Of a stretch of DNA of 50,452 bases, positions 13,961 to 26,335 are shown in pieces. Each line of letters starts with the position of its first letter. The stretch's first letter is position 1. The DNA comes from Spongospora subterranea f. sp. subterranea. Its lineage: Eukaryota. The position numbers and the translations under genes were made by a program. A model generated the notes under the pieces. It had not been told where the DNA came from, ran no database searches, and saw only the letters and a program-made list of their open reading frames with translations. Where the stretch lies: contig JAUGWO010000126.1 of assembly GCA_049724395.1 (NCBI GenBank), positions 1-50,452 of the forward strand, written 5' to 3'.

Positions 13961-14239
13961 CTGAATTGAATTATGCGGCGAAGATTGAAGCGTTAGAATC
14001 AGAGATTTGGTTGCCATTCAAAGGTTCGTCGTTATTATCGCCTCTGTTCTGGACAAAGCACAGCAGACGGAAACAAGTTCCTCGTCAGTGGCGGCAAATG
14101 CATCATTCACTCCAAAGAAATTCGCAAACCATCCGCCGGAAAATATTATCGCCATCTCACGGGAAACAGCAGACAATGTGTATCGATTGCCAACAATACC
14201 ACTGAACCATACTCACCCGTCCCTATACGCTCATCTCAC

Positions 14240-14625
14240 CATGGAGGTGCCATATTCATGGCAAACACCCCACAACAGAGATGGCTACATCAATCACCGA
14301 CATATGAAGCGATTGGCAAATGGTCCCGAATGTGCAATTTCTTCCAAAATTGCCAAGAGCACCATTGTTGTCATGCAGCCCCATAACTACTTTGGGGTGG
14401 CGAGCTTGTTTTCTTGGACATCGAAGGGTCATTTCCCCAGATCTGGTCTTCCAGGAGGTTTCTACTACACTGCCACATTTATGAAATCACTATTCGCGAC
14501 GACAATTTTTCTACCAGGGAAATCAGACCACTCGGCGGCCCTTCACCTATTCAGCAGCGAAATTTTTCGGCAAGGTGGAAGAGGCACTCGTAATTCGCCG
14601 CTTCAAAGTGACAACGACGGTGTTG
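14240..14625 (+). mobile_element. Copia pre-integrase/integrase fragment
   Basis: HNRDGYINHRHMKRL (H.R.GH.N motif), GFYYTATF, GKSD and LQSDN. Confidence 0.6.
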
Positions 14626-15939
14626 ACTGCTCTGTTGAATCAATCGGATAGCACAAGACAAACAAACTTCATCGTCAGATTGCAGCGGATCCTTAGAACG
14701 CCTGAATCGATCAATACTTGAAATGGCACAACAACATTCTTGAAGATGTGGAAAACCCGAGTGCTAAAATGCCATCCGAATCTGCGAATTTGTATTGCCT
14801 TTGCTTGAGCGTGTTGGCCGCACGCCTCGCAATGATGATTTCTGCGAATTTATCCTCTCGCTTGGACGAGCTTACAACGGGGAATTTCTGCAGAATCGAG
14901 AATTTGATAAAACACGTCTCAATCGGAATACACTCCAGTCCGTTATCGCACAGATCGTGGAAAATTCCCAATTGTTGGACAATGTTCCATCCCGTAGTTC
15001 AATTCAATTCCCACACAGGTGTCATCTTCGCAAGATGCCCAATGAATCGTGATGACGACGCTATTCAACGAGGAGCCATCGCTTCGAAAGCTGCAGATTA
15101 AGCACATGGTAGGAACGGAATGGAGCATGGTCCGAACGTCGACATTTGCAGCGGGATCTGCTTGACGCGATCGTCCAGAAATTTGTACCGGTCTTCGTCG
15201 TCGGATTGTTTTCTAGCTGAATTGCAGTTGTCAAAAAGTGGATGGTCGAGGCTTCACGCAATCGTAAAAATTATGTAAGCGACACAAGCCTTCTACAATA
15301 GCCTTAATCCGCAGATCTCGAAGCGATGGCTCCTCATTAACTAATTCGACATCTCATTGTACCGTGCATGATCGGTGTGTGGATTGCATCAAACAGGATT
15401 GAACCCAATGACAAGCGAATGTTCGCGAATTCAGTATACTTAGCAAATTTCAGACAATTTATTCTGAAGTTGTTGTAATCGGGGGAAGAATGAATGAAAA
15501 ACTAGTTGTGCGGGTCTGTTTGCCGTTATTTTCCATACAGTATATGTAGCAGTTGTTGTCGGATACATTCACAACAAATAATCCCCAACGCTTCGCATTT
15601 TTAAACCAACAAACAAATTCCAAACATGCAATCGGCGAGAATAGCAATTGTTGGCAACACCAGCAGTCGATTACTGGATCTGGTGACGGAGATGGCGATG
15701 GCGGATTGGCGGTCCATCTCTGACTGGTCGGCACCGAGGGTTGCGCCACTCTATCGCCGGTCCCCACCAATTGTAACGATGACCACGGGGATACAGTACA
15801 CACAAGTAGAGGGGCGACTGAGATTGGCCCCGCTCTCAGTCTCACCCCATCGGGACCCCAAACTCGGATAACGCTACAACACCACAACACAGCTGTTGTG
15901 GTGTTACAGGTTGTTACCCAAGTCATTGCCGTCACCGAC

Positions 15940-17232
15940 ATGAGTGGGGACGGTGACCGTCCCGGGGCTCCCGCCGTCGTACCCGACCATGTCATCCGGA
16001 GGGAGTACAAGGTCTGGCGAGCGGCGGCCCCGTTCCTCTACGAGCTCGTCCTGTATCAGGGCCTGATCTGGCCCAGCTCCTCCGTGCAATGGATTCGCTC
16101 GTCATCCCCGGTCCCGATCGTCGAGAATTCGGGCCAAACTGTCACACAGCAAGTGCTCATTGGGTCATCCACGTCGGGCGCCGACCAAGCCCATCTCATG
16201 CTAATGGAGGTGCAGATGCCGCCATCGTACTGCCCGGCCGTTCGCCGAGATATCAGTGGGGCCCATTCCTCGGTCACCAGCACAGCTGGTAAAATCCGGA
16301 CCCAATCTGCTTGGCCATCTTACAGTGATATTCGCCGCATCAGATTGGTTCGGGGCGTTCCGCGATCTCTCGCCGCCTGCATAGGAGACTCCGATCCCTT
16401 AGTGTCAATATACGATATCGGGACCCCGTCGTCGTCGCCAATTCCAGGTAGGCAGAGCCCAGCTGTCCCTCCTGAAGCCAGGCGTTGCGCCAGGCTGGTC
16501 GCCCTCGGTGGCCAGACCGCCGAATCCTGGGGATTATCGTGCTCGACTCTGCAGTCGGGTCATGTCGCCGCCGGATCAATGGACACGATCGTCTCGGTCT
16601 GGGATGTGCAAGCGTGTCCCGATCAGTCGACCGGTCACGTCCCCGCCCTGATCCGATTACAAAGACACACCGCCCCGGTCATGGACGTCCATTTCAGCAC
16701 CAAACAAACTCAATTGTTATCGTCCGCCTCCGACGATAAATTCGCATACGTCTGGGATTTACGATCGCCCGATGATCCCACCCCAATTCAACACGATTGC
16801 CAAGTCACCTGCGTCGAATGGTCGCCGTTCGACAATCACGTCTTGGCGACCGGTGGAACCAACGGCGTCCTCAATATCTGGGACATCAGAAACCCGTCAA
16901 CGTCCGTTCACAGTCTACATGGCGCCAAAGGGGGCCCATTCGACATGACCAAAGTGTCGTGGGCGCCGTTCCAGCGCGATATCATCGCCACCTCGGGCAG
17001 CAATCGGCGCGCCTTCATCTGGGACTTGGCCCGAGCGGGCATGGCGCAATCGGACGAGGACGCGGCCGAAGGCCCTCCCGAGCTGGCGTTCATTCACGGC
17101 GGGCACACGTCCACAATCAACGAGTTCGACTGGTCGTCCGACTGTCCATGGACGATCGCATCTGTCTCCGATAATAATATTCTGGAAGTTTGGCAGATTA
17201 GTGAGACATTAAGAACTCCTCCGTCTATATAA
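15940..17232 (+). CDS. MSI1: Histone-binding WD40 protein of the MSI1/RBBP4 (CAF-1 small subunit) family, single exon, 430 aa
   Basis: N-terminal EYKVWRAAAPFLYELV..L.WPS..VQW, WD repeats, and the diagnostic EGPPELAFIHGGHTSTINEFDWS...IASVSDNNILEVWQ; first in-frame ATG at 15940. Confidence 0.95.
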   Translation: MSGDGDRPGAPAVVPDHVIRREYKVWRAAAPFLYELVLYQGLIWPSSSVQWIRSSSPVPIVENSGQTVTQQVLIGSSTSGADQAHLMLMEVQMPPSYCPAVRRDISGAHSSVTSTAGKIRTQSAWPSYSDIRRIRLVRGVPRSLAACIGDSDPLVSIYDIGTPSSSPIPGRQSPAVPPEARRCARLVALGGQTAESWGLSCSTLQSGHVAAGSMDTIVSVWDVQACPDQSTGHVPALIRLQRHTAPVMDVHFSTKQTQLLSSASDDKFAYVWDLRSPDDPTPIQHDCQVTCVEWSPFDNHVLATGGTNGVLNIWDIRNPSTSVHSLHGAKGGPFDMTKVSWAPFQRDIIATSGSNRRAFIWDLARAGMAQSDEDAAEGPPELAFIHGGHTSTINEFDWSSDCPWTIASVSDNNILEVWQISETLRTPPSI

Positions 17233-18199
17233 AACAACGCGTCGAATTGGTGTGTTTTTCTGCAATAGGATCTCAATTTGCGTAATTTTAAGAAGGCGGT
17301 CCGGCTACACACGGCCGTCGATTGGCACATGATCTTATCCCACCAGAACGCCAACAATCATTGATCTATTTGGGTAATGTTGTCCAAATTGTGCTATTGT
17401 CATCTACTGTATCACCTACAGAATAATGAGTGGATTTCACAGCCGAATCAGATTTCGACAGTTCGAAATCCAGTCCAACTGTGGTGCCCACCAGAAATTC
17501 CTTCCCAGAAGCAAAATGGGCCAATCAGGGCAAGAGCGTGACAGGAATCGGATAGATCACCTTTATCGTGTGCAATAGCTCGTGCCGAAAATAACCGATA
17601 GGTTATACGGGATCAGTTCACCCGAGAGAATAGCGATAAATTTTAATCAACTACCAGATCAACCAGGTTTTGACGTCGGAAAGTACACAATCAACAATTG
17701 GACCCGATTCATCATCAGATTTGGTGACAAAGTCACCGTTTGTGTGATGTTTTTATGGGGGAGGGGCGAAAATATGAATTTGATGTCGTTTTTCAGCGGA
17801 TTATTTTCATTGTGGTTCTTCGTTCCCATTCGTTATCGCGTTGGTCGTCGTCGGATCCGTTGACCACAACACGGCGATCTGTATTGGTCCTTGTTGGTTT
17901 CACGAGCCAACGCCCCAAATCAAGCTGTGTATCGCCCAGTGTGTTGTAATTCAACAGCCCATTCCCATATCCGCCAGATAATCTACGGCACCGACAGCAC
18001 AATCCACATTTGCCCTCGAACGCGATCGTATTTCTCTCATCTCGAAACGGGCCCGATATCGGATTCGTCCTCCAATCCCCGAACGAGTTCCCGACCAGAC
18101 GGGGTCGGCGATGGCGAAAAGATCTTCAGGTTTTGTGGAAATATCTGGCTGGTTTCATTTGGACGGGGGGGGGGGCGATATCTTTGGGGCCATACCGCC

Positions 18200-21100
18200 A
18201 TGGCGACGGATTCGTACGAGGCCATGGGGCAGCGCCTGCGATCGGCGTTGATCGCCAAACCCGGCGTCGATCTGCACTCCGACTTCTTCGACGCCACGTT
18301 CGCCCTGTCGGAGCTGGAGACGATCTGGCTGAACGAACCGATCGGCCTTGGCCAGGTCCAGTTCTGCGATCTGCTGTCCAACGCCCTCCTCATCGACCGC
18401 CACCAAATCAACATCATGTTCGAGAAGGTTGATCGGCCCGCTCTCCCCCATTTGTTTCCCCCTTCGATCTCTAACGATATCTGTGTCAGATCGACGCCAA
18501 TTTCGACGGTCGGTTGTTCCGGTTGAATCGGTGTGGCGCCATCAACGCTGATGGTGTTTTTGGACAATAGGGACGATATCCTGGGATGAATTCATCAGTT
18601 ATTTGGCCAGGGTGAACACGATCAGACGATCTCGGGGGGAGTGGGCGTTTCGGTGATTGATTGGTTGTGGTGTGTCAGGCGGCGTGGAACAACTGGCTGT
18701 TCGTCAACAATCAATCGCGGGATCTGCTGTCGGAAGGTCGTGTGGCCGGGACCCAACACGGCCGTCGACAGGCCATGATCAACGCGCTCTACCCGATCCC
18801 CAATCGGAAAGTGATTGCCCTCTGGTCTCAACCCATCACCGCCATCGCCAACACGTCGTTTGGATTTTCCTCGTTTTCGACGAACGTTTCCTTTGTGGAT
18901 TTTTATGTGTCGTCGTCGTCGTCTATGAACGCGACACCCGTTCTGAATCGGGGTTTGTGTGTGTTTTTATTCGGATGCAGTTCCGACAATACGGTGAAGA
19001 TATTCGGGACGAGAACTCGAACGTATGTCGGGATTACCTGCCGATGATGGGTCGGCAATCGGCCCCGGTCGTCAACCTAATTGCTTCGCCCAATCTGGTC
19101 GCCGCCGCCGAACGCCCGGCCCTCGTTCCCCATCATCGCCATCCCACTCCACTACAATCGCGCCCATCCCCCCGTCCCCCCGACTTCAACTTCGCCGATC
19201 ACGTACGAACAGATCACTCAACAACAATGTTTCTGGGAAACAATTTTACCAAATTGACGTTCCAGTGCGATTTTTCGAAAATCGACAAAGATGGAAATGG
19301 TGAAAAATCGTTCTGATGTTCGTGGTTGTAGTTGGACGAAGGGATGAACAGTCGGCACACGATCGCCCCGACCTGCTGTCAATACATTCAGGAGAGCGAT
19401 CAGATCATGATCGGGGCCCAAGATCAGCACATCGCCGTGTTCGCCCGCGCCACCAACGCCGATCGTCGCCATCGATCCCGTGTGGCGATCGCCCACCGAA
19501 CGCCATCCGCGTCGTCCTATCGTTGCCATCTCCAATACCGCCTGCGCTCGGTCCCGTCGTCGCTGTTCGTGGCCGACGCCACCGCCACGCCGATCGACGC
19601 CGCCGCCGCCCCGCTGCTCTACGTCGGCGACGTCGCTGGGTTCTACTCGATCGTCGATCGCAACGCCCATCGGATCGTGTCCCGTGTTCAGGTCCAGAAT
19701 CGCGAGTCGATCACGCGATTGCGATTGATTCCCAAAGTGGGTTTGGCGACCGCTGGATTAGGTCGGACCGTCCAATCGCTCAACAAAACATAATCACCAA
19801 TATTAATTTCGGGTTCGGACAACGGGTTTCGCGTTTGTTCTGGCGATTCGCCCTCTGCGATCGCAATCTGATATTTTGATCGCGACAGACGGTCGTGTCC
19901 ATTTGTCGGATCTGGTCAAGGGTCAGGTCCATCATAGCCTGATCGGCCATAAACGGGGAATATTCGGAATGGTCAGTGCCCGCCCTCCCAACACGACCAC
20001 ACCTTCTCCTTCTCGAACCGTTCCCAATTCGTTGTCAAATCCAGAGATTCCTCGCTGGAAATCGCAATTCAGTCTATCTCGTTTGAACAAATGTTTTTTT
20101 TTTGTTTTTTTGAGAACGTTCTTCCCAGTTTTTGATCTTCGGGTTTTGCGGGTGAACTCATTCAGGGAAATTGTTAGGAGTATCTGCCGTCGACACGAAT
20201 GATCATGACGCTCGGGTACGATGGGCGAATCCTGGGATGGGATCCGTACATCGCCGCGCCCATCGCCCGCCTGCGTGGACAACACCCGACCGTGATCGCC
20301 ATCCAACAGAACGAGGACGACAATCAGCTGATCACGGTCGCCAACGACAAACGCATTCGGGTCTAGTGAGTGGCGCTGGTCGTTTGCCCTGTTCTGTACT
20401 GGTTCTGGCCCAGCGTTCCTGACATGTAGTGTTTGTGTTTTTCGTTGATTGGAATTAGCGACGTGAGGACCTGGTCGTGTATTCAAACACTATTGGAATC
20501 GAAGGTGAATCACAAACACACGATCATCACCACAGATCGATCGAGTTTCAAACGTCCCTTCGCTGAATTCATTCCCTGTGGTCAAATGTTTCTGGCAAAT
20601 TCGATATATTTCACCGATGGAAAACGTTGAGCGATCCGATTTCGGAGAAACAACTTTTTGGGTTTTCCGAGATAGTTTCTCGATGTCCGTTCAACCGCGA
20701 GATCTGGTTCTGTTCGTGTTGGAAATTCGAATTTGACGAATGGAGATGGTGGTCAGGTCCACACGCCCCTCGATCAGTTCACGTCGGCCGCGTTCGATCG
20801 GTCGGAGAAGCAGCTGATCACGGGCGGATCCCATCTTCGTCTGTGGCACGTCACCAATTCGGAGGGACAGCCCAAGGTAATCACCTTCGCCGCAAACCCA
20901 GATCACCAACACCATCAACCGGTCTCGCCGGAAACCGTTTCATTCCGAAACGACGATTGTCAGAAAAATCAGCAAAACACAATCACACGATCGTTTTGGA
21001 TTTGTCGTTCGTCGCTCTCTTGATTAGATCGGGTCTTTGAACGAAGCAACAACATCAGATCGTTTCGTTATGAAATTCCACGAGCGATTTCGACAGGAAA

Positions 21101-24100
21101 AAACAAGAACTTCAATTCGACAAAATTTTCGATTTTCTAAAGTATTTCTCGAGCTCCTGAACGGAACAACGTTGACCTCGTTTTTCCCTCTGGTTGTTTT
21201 ATCCCAAATAATGGTGTGTTGATGGAGGTCTGCGATGACGACGATAAAGGACGGCGAGTGGGGCGGGTGTCGGTCCTACACGCCCATCAATCGCTGATCG
21301 TGTCGGTCCAGTTCGCGCCCCTGTTCGGGCTGGTGATCTCGGTCGGCGTCGATCAGCTCGTCAATCTCTGGGACATCAATACGGGTCGTCGCGTCAATCA
21401 GTTCAAAGCCTCCAATGACAGGTTAATCGCCCTCATTTTCATCGAGTTTTACCACAAAATACAGAAAGTATTTTCCTCAATTTCATTGAATTTTTCGGGA
21501 AAACACAAAGTATTTTCACCGAATTCCTTCTCCTTTTTCTGCTGTTTTCTCAATGATTGTTTTCCAATATCGTCAATGGTTTTCGTTGAGGGTGTTGAAC
21601 TGCCGTTGATTCGGTCGAAAACCAAACCACTGCTCTGAACGATGTGCTGTGGTGGGCGATATCAGTTCGGGCGGGAAATCGCTGCGATCGGTGATCCGAA
21701 CGGCCACGATCGATCGTCGTGGGAAGCGCCTGTTGACCGGGACCGCATCCAGCCAGATCTATTGCTGGAACTATCGTCAGTCCCCACACCCGTTTTCCAC
21801 AAAAAAACAACATTTTCGCCAATTCCACAAAACCGCAATTTCCCAAAATCAACGTCAAATTTAATTTTTTTCTTTTTGTGTTTGTTGGTCGCGATGGTAT
21901 CGTTGGTCTTGTCGATGGTGAATGAAACCAATTGTGATGCAGATAACGGGGCGCTGCTCCGTTCATGGGCGGGTCTGGGCGGTCTATCGCCGAGCGATCT
22001 GGCCGAGATCTCCCATCTGCGCTATACCAGCCCGTCGTTCAACTACCCGATCGTGGGTCTGTCCCAGACCACGAACTCCATTATCTGGTGGAGCGAAGCG
22101 CTCGAAACCGATGTCGGGGCGTCCAAATACAGCACTCCCCTCTCCGCTCGATCTCAATCCAATTTTTTTAATGATCTCATATTTTGTTTATCTGGGAATC
22201 GTCAGAAATCGGGAACGTTTTTACGATGAACTTCGATTTCGACACTATCGTTATTTCATCACATTGACAATTTCTGGAATTCAAATTTATCAGCAGCCGA
22301 AGTTCAACGTAATTGTGTCGTCGTTGATCTCTGATCGGGAATCGGTTGGGATCTCTGAGGGGGTCGTGGTCGGTGTCGCGTTTCGGGTGTTGATCTGTTG
22401 TTGTTCAGGCGACGAAGCCGGTCGTGTGTCGGATATCGGAGGCGGTTCAGGGGCGGTTGCTGTGTCTGGATTGTGACGACACGATGGTCTGTGGCGGTTC
22501 CAGCTCAGGATTGGTCGGTGATCGTGTCGTGTTGGCCCATCCACCGCACCCAACACCACCCTTCCCCTTCCCCGATTGTCGCAGGTTCTGATCTGGTCCC
22601 CATCTCAGCCCACTCGTATCAACAAAACAATTCAGGTCCTCGACAGCACAATATCATCTCCATCGTTCGACACGTTTTCAGAAACATTCCGCGATTCGAT
22701 TGGTTATCGATTTGACAATGTTCACAAACATTGTGCGATTTGATTCATTGTTGATTTTTTGATGATTTTCACTGATTTGAGTCGTTTATTGATTTTTTGG
22801 CGATTTTCACAAAAAAGCGTTGTGCAATTCGATTGGTTATTGATATTGTGTTGTTCTTGATTAGGTGTCGGGCGGTGATAACGGGATCTCGTGTCTGTCG
22901 TGTATCGGGAACGAGCGGGTGATCTGTGGAACGAGCGACGGATCCCTGTACCTGATCAACGGCCTGATCGTGACTCCATTAACCCCCGCTCCCCTATTCC
23001 ACGAGCTTATCCTATGGTAATCGCCACAAAACACACAAAAGACCAACACAAAAACATCCCACCTCAAACAACACTTTATTCCTCTCTAAAACTGGTCAAT
23101 CTTCATCCACATCGATATACTTTGCGAGTTTCATATCTCACCATTGACCGACTTCTCATCGAAAAACGCTTTCGCGAAAACACGAAAAACCACGTAACGT
23201 TCCCAGGTTTCTGCATTGAAAACCAACAATTGCTAATTGGGGACGAGATCAAATGTTGTCAATCGGATCGGAAAGGAAAAATATCGGCGATTGAACTGTG
23301 TTTGTGTGGTCGTCTCGGCTGTTCAGCATCGTGTACGCGGACGATATCGACAGCGCCATGGTCTGCGACTACCTGAAGACGGCCAAGATCGTCCGCTTGG
23401 GGGACGGGGCGATGGTCGCCTCGTTCGAGCCCAACGCCCGCAGCAATATCAGCTCGGCCACCAGCTGTCCTCAGAAACAGGTCCATCGTTCGTCGCCTTT
23501 TTTACCAAAACACATTTCCCCATTTTGCGCTGATCGACGCGTTTCCGTTGATTTTCCCAAAACAATAATCCGGGGCGAAATCAGTCGGTTTGAGGGATAT
23601 TTTGAGTGCGCTGGTTGTTATTGTGATGATGTTTTCTGTGATAATGTGGAAGATCATTCATTGAATTTCGCGATGGGGCTCTCACAGTGTTTTCTGATCG
23701 GATCCGACAACGGCGATCTATCGGTCTGGTCCTATTCCGGCCATTTACTGGCCAGGTTCAACCAGCTCGATCGGTGGCCCTCGATCCTCGGTCCATCGCC
23801 GTCCTCGGTTGTTGCCGCTCCCGTATCGTCACCGCCCAGCGTTGTCGCCGTCACCGTAATGCGTTGGCGTTGGCGAATACGCCCAGGGAATCTCAATGGG
23901 TTTTATCTGAATAGAGGGCGACACCGAATGTGAATCGTCGCTCATACGCTGAATCTAATCCATTATATCTGCCAAGTACTCTATTGCCAAGAGGTATTTA
24001 CCACAAACACAAAATCAACAAACTTTTGGCAGTTTGAGGAATTCTGAAAAATGTTCAGATAACTCGGTGGAGAATTTTTTTTGGTGTAATTTTTTGTGTT

Positions 24101-25179
24101 TTGGGGGTTCGAGGAAGGAGTGATTTGATTGATCCAATGGTGGATGATGATCAGGGCTCCGTACTCGGGAGGACGAATTGGCTGGGCTGTTGGCCAGACG
24201 GAACGATAATGCCCTGGCGCCATCCAACACCGACCTCCTGCTGTCCAGCGCGCAACACCTTAAACAGCTCATGAAGGAATATACAGCCGTATGCACAATT
24301 CCATCCATGGATTTTTGCTGTTTGTTTTCGCTCAAAACACTCTCCCCCGACCCTCAGTCCCCTTCTCGCTCAAACACGGAACGGTTCCGATTGTTTTCAT
24401 AAAAATCGAACCCGAGTTTGCTGTCGAGAAATGAACGGGAATTGCTGATGAGTTGTTTGTTGTTGATTGTAAACTGTAGAGCGAGGATGAAATAGGTCGT
24501 GAGCGACATCGTCAGTCCCAAATCGCCAAATTCGCCACTCGTCAGCCGATGTCGTCAGATCATCCGGCGTTGGCGTTGCCCCCGAAACCGCCATCCACCA
24601 CGTCGGCCCGACGATCGGACCCGGCTCCTCCAGCTGGATTGGTCGATGTTCCACCGACACCCCCCTCAACCATGGCGCCATCGGTCCCGCCCATTCCCAG
24701 AATCGCGTCCATTACGCGAAAGCATCGATCTCCGACCAGCCGGATATCAATCCAAACAGCACCTCCGACACGACGTCGTCCAAAAACGGAACGTGCTCGT
24801 CCGTATAAACCGGTCCCGTTGAACCCGATTTTGTAATTTTCGAGGGGATTTTGGGGAATGTGATTTACTGAGAGGTTAATCGTTTAGGACGGGGAAGGAG
24901 GAGGTGATATCGATAGGGGCGGGGGATGAAGGCGATATCGGGAGGAGACCCATTGCTGCGATGAACATGTTGGGCCAGTCGCGAACCGATACAGGACGAT
25001 CTCGGGTCGATACTGATCGCCTGAATTTTGGAGCAGATCGACGTGGTTCCAGTCGGATCCAGAGTGAGGACCCGCCGTCAAAATCACCACGATCATCGGT
25101 CAACAGTCCAAGAAAGGGGATCGATCACGATCTGAGACACGAAAATGGGGTTAATAACCAGGATCAATCACGATCATGA
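18200..25179 (+). CDS. EF-hand + WD40-repeat protein (WDR49/WDR64/EFCAB8-like), about 20 exons
   Basis: Exons 18200-18427, 18490-18508, 18571-18611 and 18679-18824 give MFEK-IDANFD-GTISWDEF. Later exons give GHKRGI, LGWDPY, RVYDVRTWSCIQTL, HAHQSLI...LWDINTG and CWNYHNG. Most junctions tested were phase-consistent (20505-20756, 21422-21665, 21776-21942, 23017-23326, 23481-23687, 23994-24154). The 3' exons and stop are less certain. Confidence 0.82.
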
Positions 25180-25609
25180 CCTTATCGATCACGATCGTGG
25201 ATGTGATAGTTTCAGTCAATACATAATGGCGTTCACCGTCGTCTTCAGTGACGCCAGACCCAAATACCAACGTCAATATTAGTATGACAGAACCACATTG
25301 AACCTGATCCTGATCCGTTTTCAATCGACCTCCGTATTATTAACAACATATCGACCAGTTCACCACATCTCAATAATCACTCACTACAGTAATGTGTATA
25401 ATCACCATCAACCGGATCCAATGAATTTTTGTTTGTTGGAGGGGCGGCGCTCGGAACCAGTAATTCCGGTGAATATTGGGGCGGCAATATGGATATATCG
25501 GCCTGTCCAAACCCACGCCATGAACCCATAAACAACCAAGCGTAGACACGTTACCAACGACACAAACAGCGTCAGACGGGGACGACCGGAAACGTGTAGT
25601 CGAACCCGT

Positions 25610-25690
25610 CGGTAACGTCACATCGCGCGGCCGGTAACGAGATCCGACATCGGCCGGTAACGTGATCCGACAACCGGCCGGTACGGAAGT
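25610..25690 (+). promoter_or_regulatory. Short tandem 23-24 bp repeats in the probable promoter of the E2 gene
   Basis: cggccggtaacg(a/t)gatccgaca at 25628 and 25651, partial copy at 25675, extra cggtaacg at 25610; ends ~45 bp upstream of the ATG. Confidence 0.45.
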
Positions 25691-25733
25691 CAGAGTATTA
25701 GCTGCCGTGGGGCGTCGGTGAAGGCGGTGTGCG

Positions 25734-26335
25734 ATGTCGTCACGTCGTGGAGGAAGCGTCCTGCAGCGTGAGCTGCGCGCCGTTCAGCAATCGGAGGTGT
25801 GCAATCAGTTCCGGATCGAGCCGGTCAATAACGACCTGCATCGATGGCGGCTGGCCATGACCCGGGACACGTTCTCGGGGCCGTTGAAAGAGGACCTGGA
25901 CATATACGCCCTCCACTGCAATCGCCAGCCGGAGGTCGTGATCGAGATGGCGTTTCCTCGTAATTACCCGATCGCGCCCCCGTTCGCTCGCGTGATTCGC
26001 CCCCGATTCCGAGTGGGTTTCCTCAGATCTGTTCGGGAAATGTTGTGGCACCGATCTGACCTGTCGTTGTGTTGAATCAGTTCCACACGGGCCATGTGAC
26101 GATTAACGGGTCGATTTGCGTTGAGGTGTTGACCCAGGGCGATGGCGCTCACCAATGGCGCCCCTATATATCATGTGAGAGCCTGATCATCATGCTGCAC
26201 TCACTGTTTGAAGACGGCGGTGGTCGGATCGACTTCGGTTCTCATCATAATCCCTATCCGAACTGTGATTACACTGAATCTGGCGCCAAAGACGATTTCT
26301 ACCGAGTTGCTCGCCAGCACGGTTGGGTATTATGA
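25734..26335 (+). CDS. Ubiquitin-conjugating enzyme E2, UBE2Q-like, 2 exons (25734-26012, 26081-26335), 177 aa
   Basis: LQRELR; FPRNYPIAPPFARVIRPRF; phase-0 intron gtgggt...aatcag; GHVTINGSICVEVLT with catalytic Cys; W.P; C-terminal RQHGW. Confidence 0.92.

Noticed and set aside
4100..15400. flamenco-like uni-strand antisense TE cluster
   Set aside because: Fragments occur on both strands with no clear orientation bias.
19020..19100. Frameshift in the WD40 gene at gtcgggatt
   Set aside because: A phase-0 donor (tat|gtcggg) joined to the acceptor at 19331 restores the frame, so a lesion is not required.
15459..25621. Many overlapping and antisense ORFs of 60-220 aa in the ORF track
   Set aside because: These are shadow frames of GC-rich exons and intron read-through of the MSI1 and WD40 genes, with no independent motifs.
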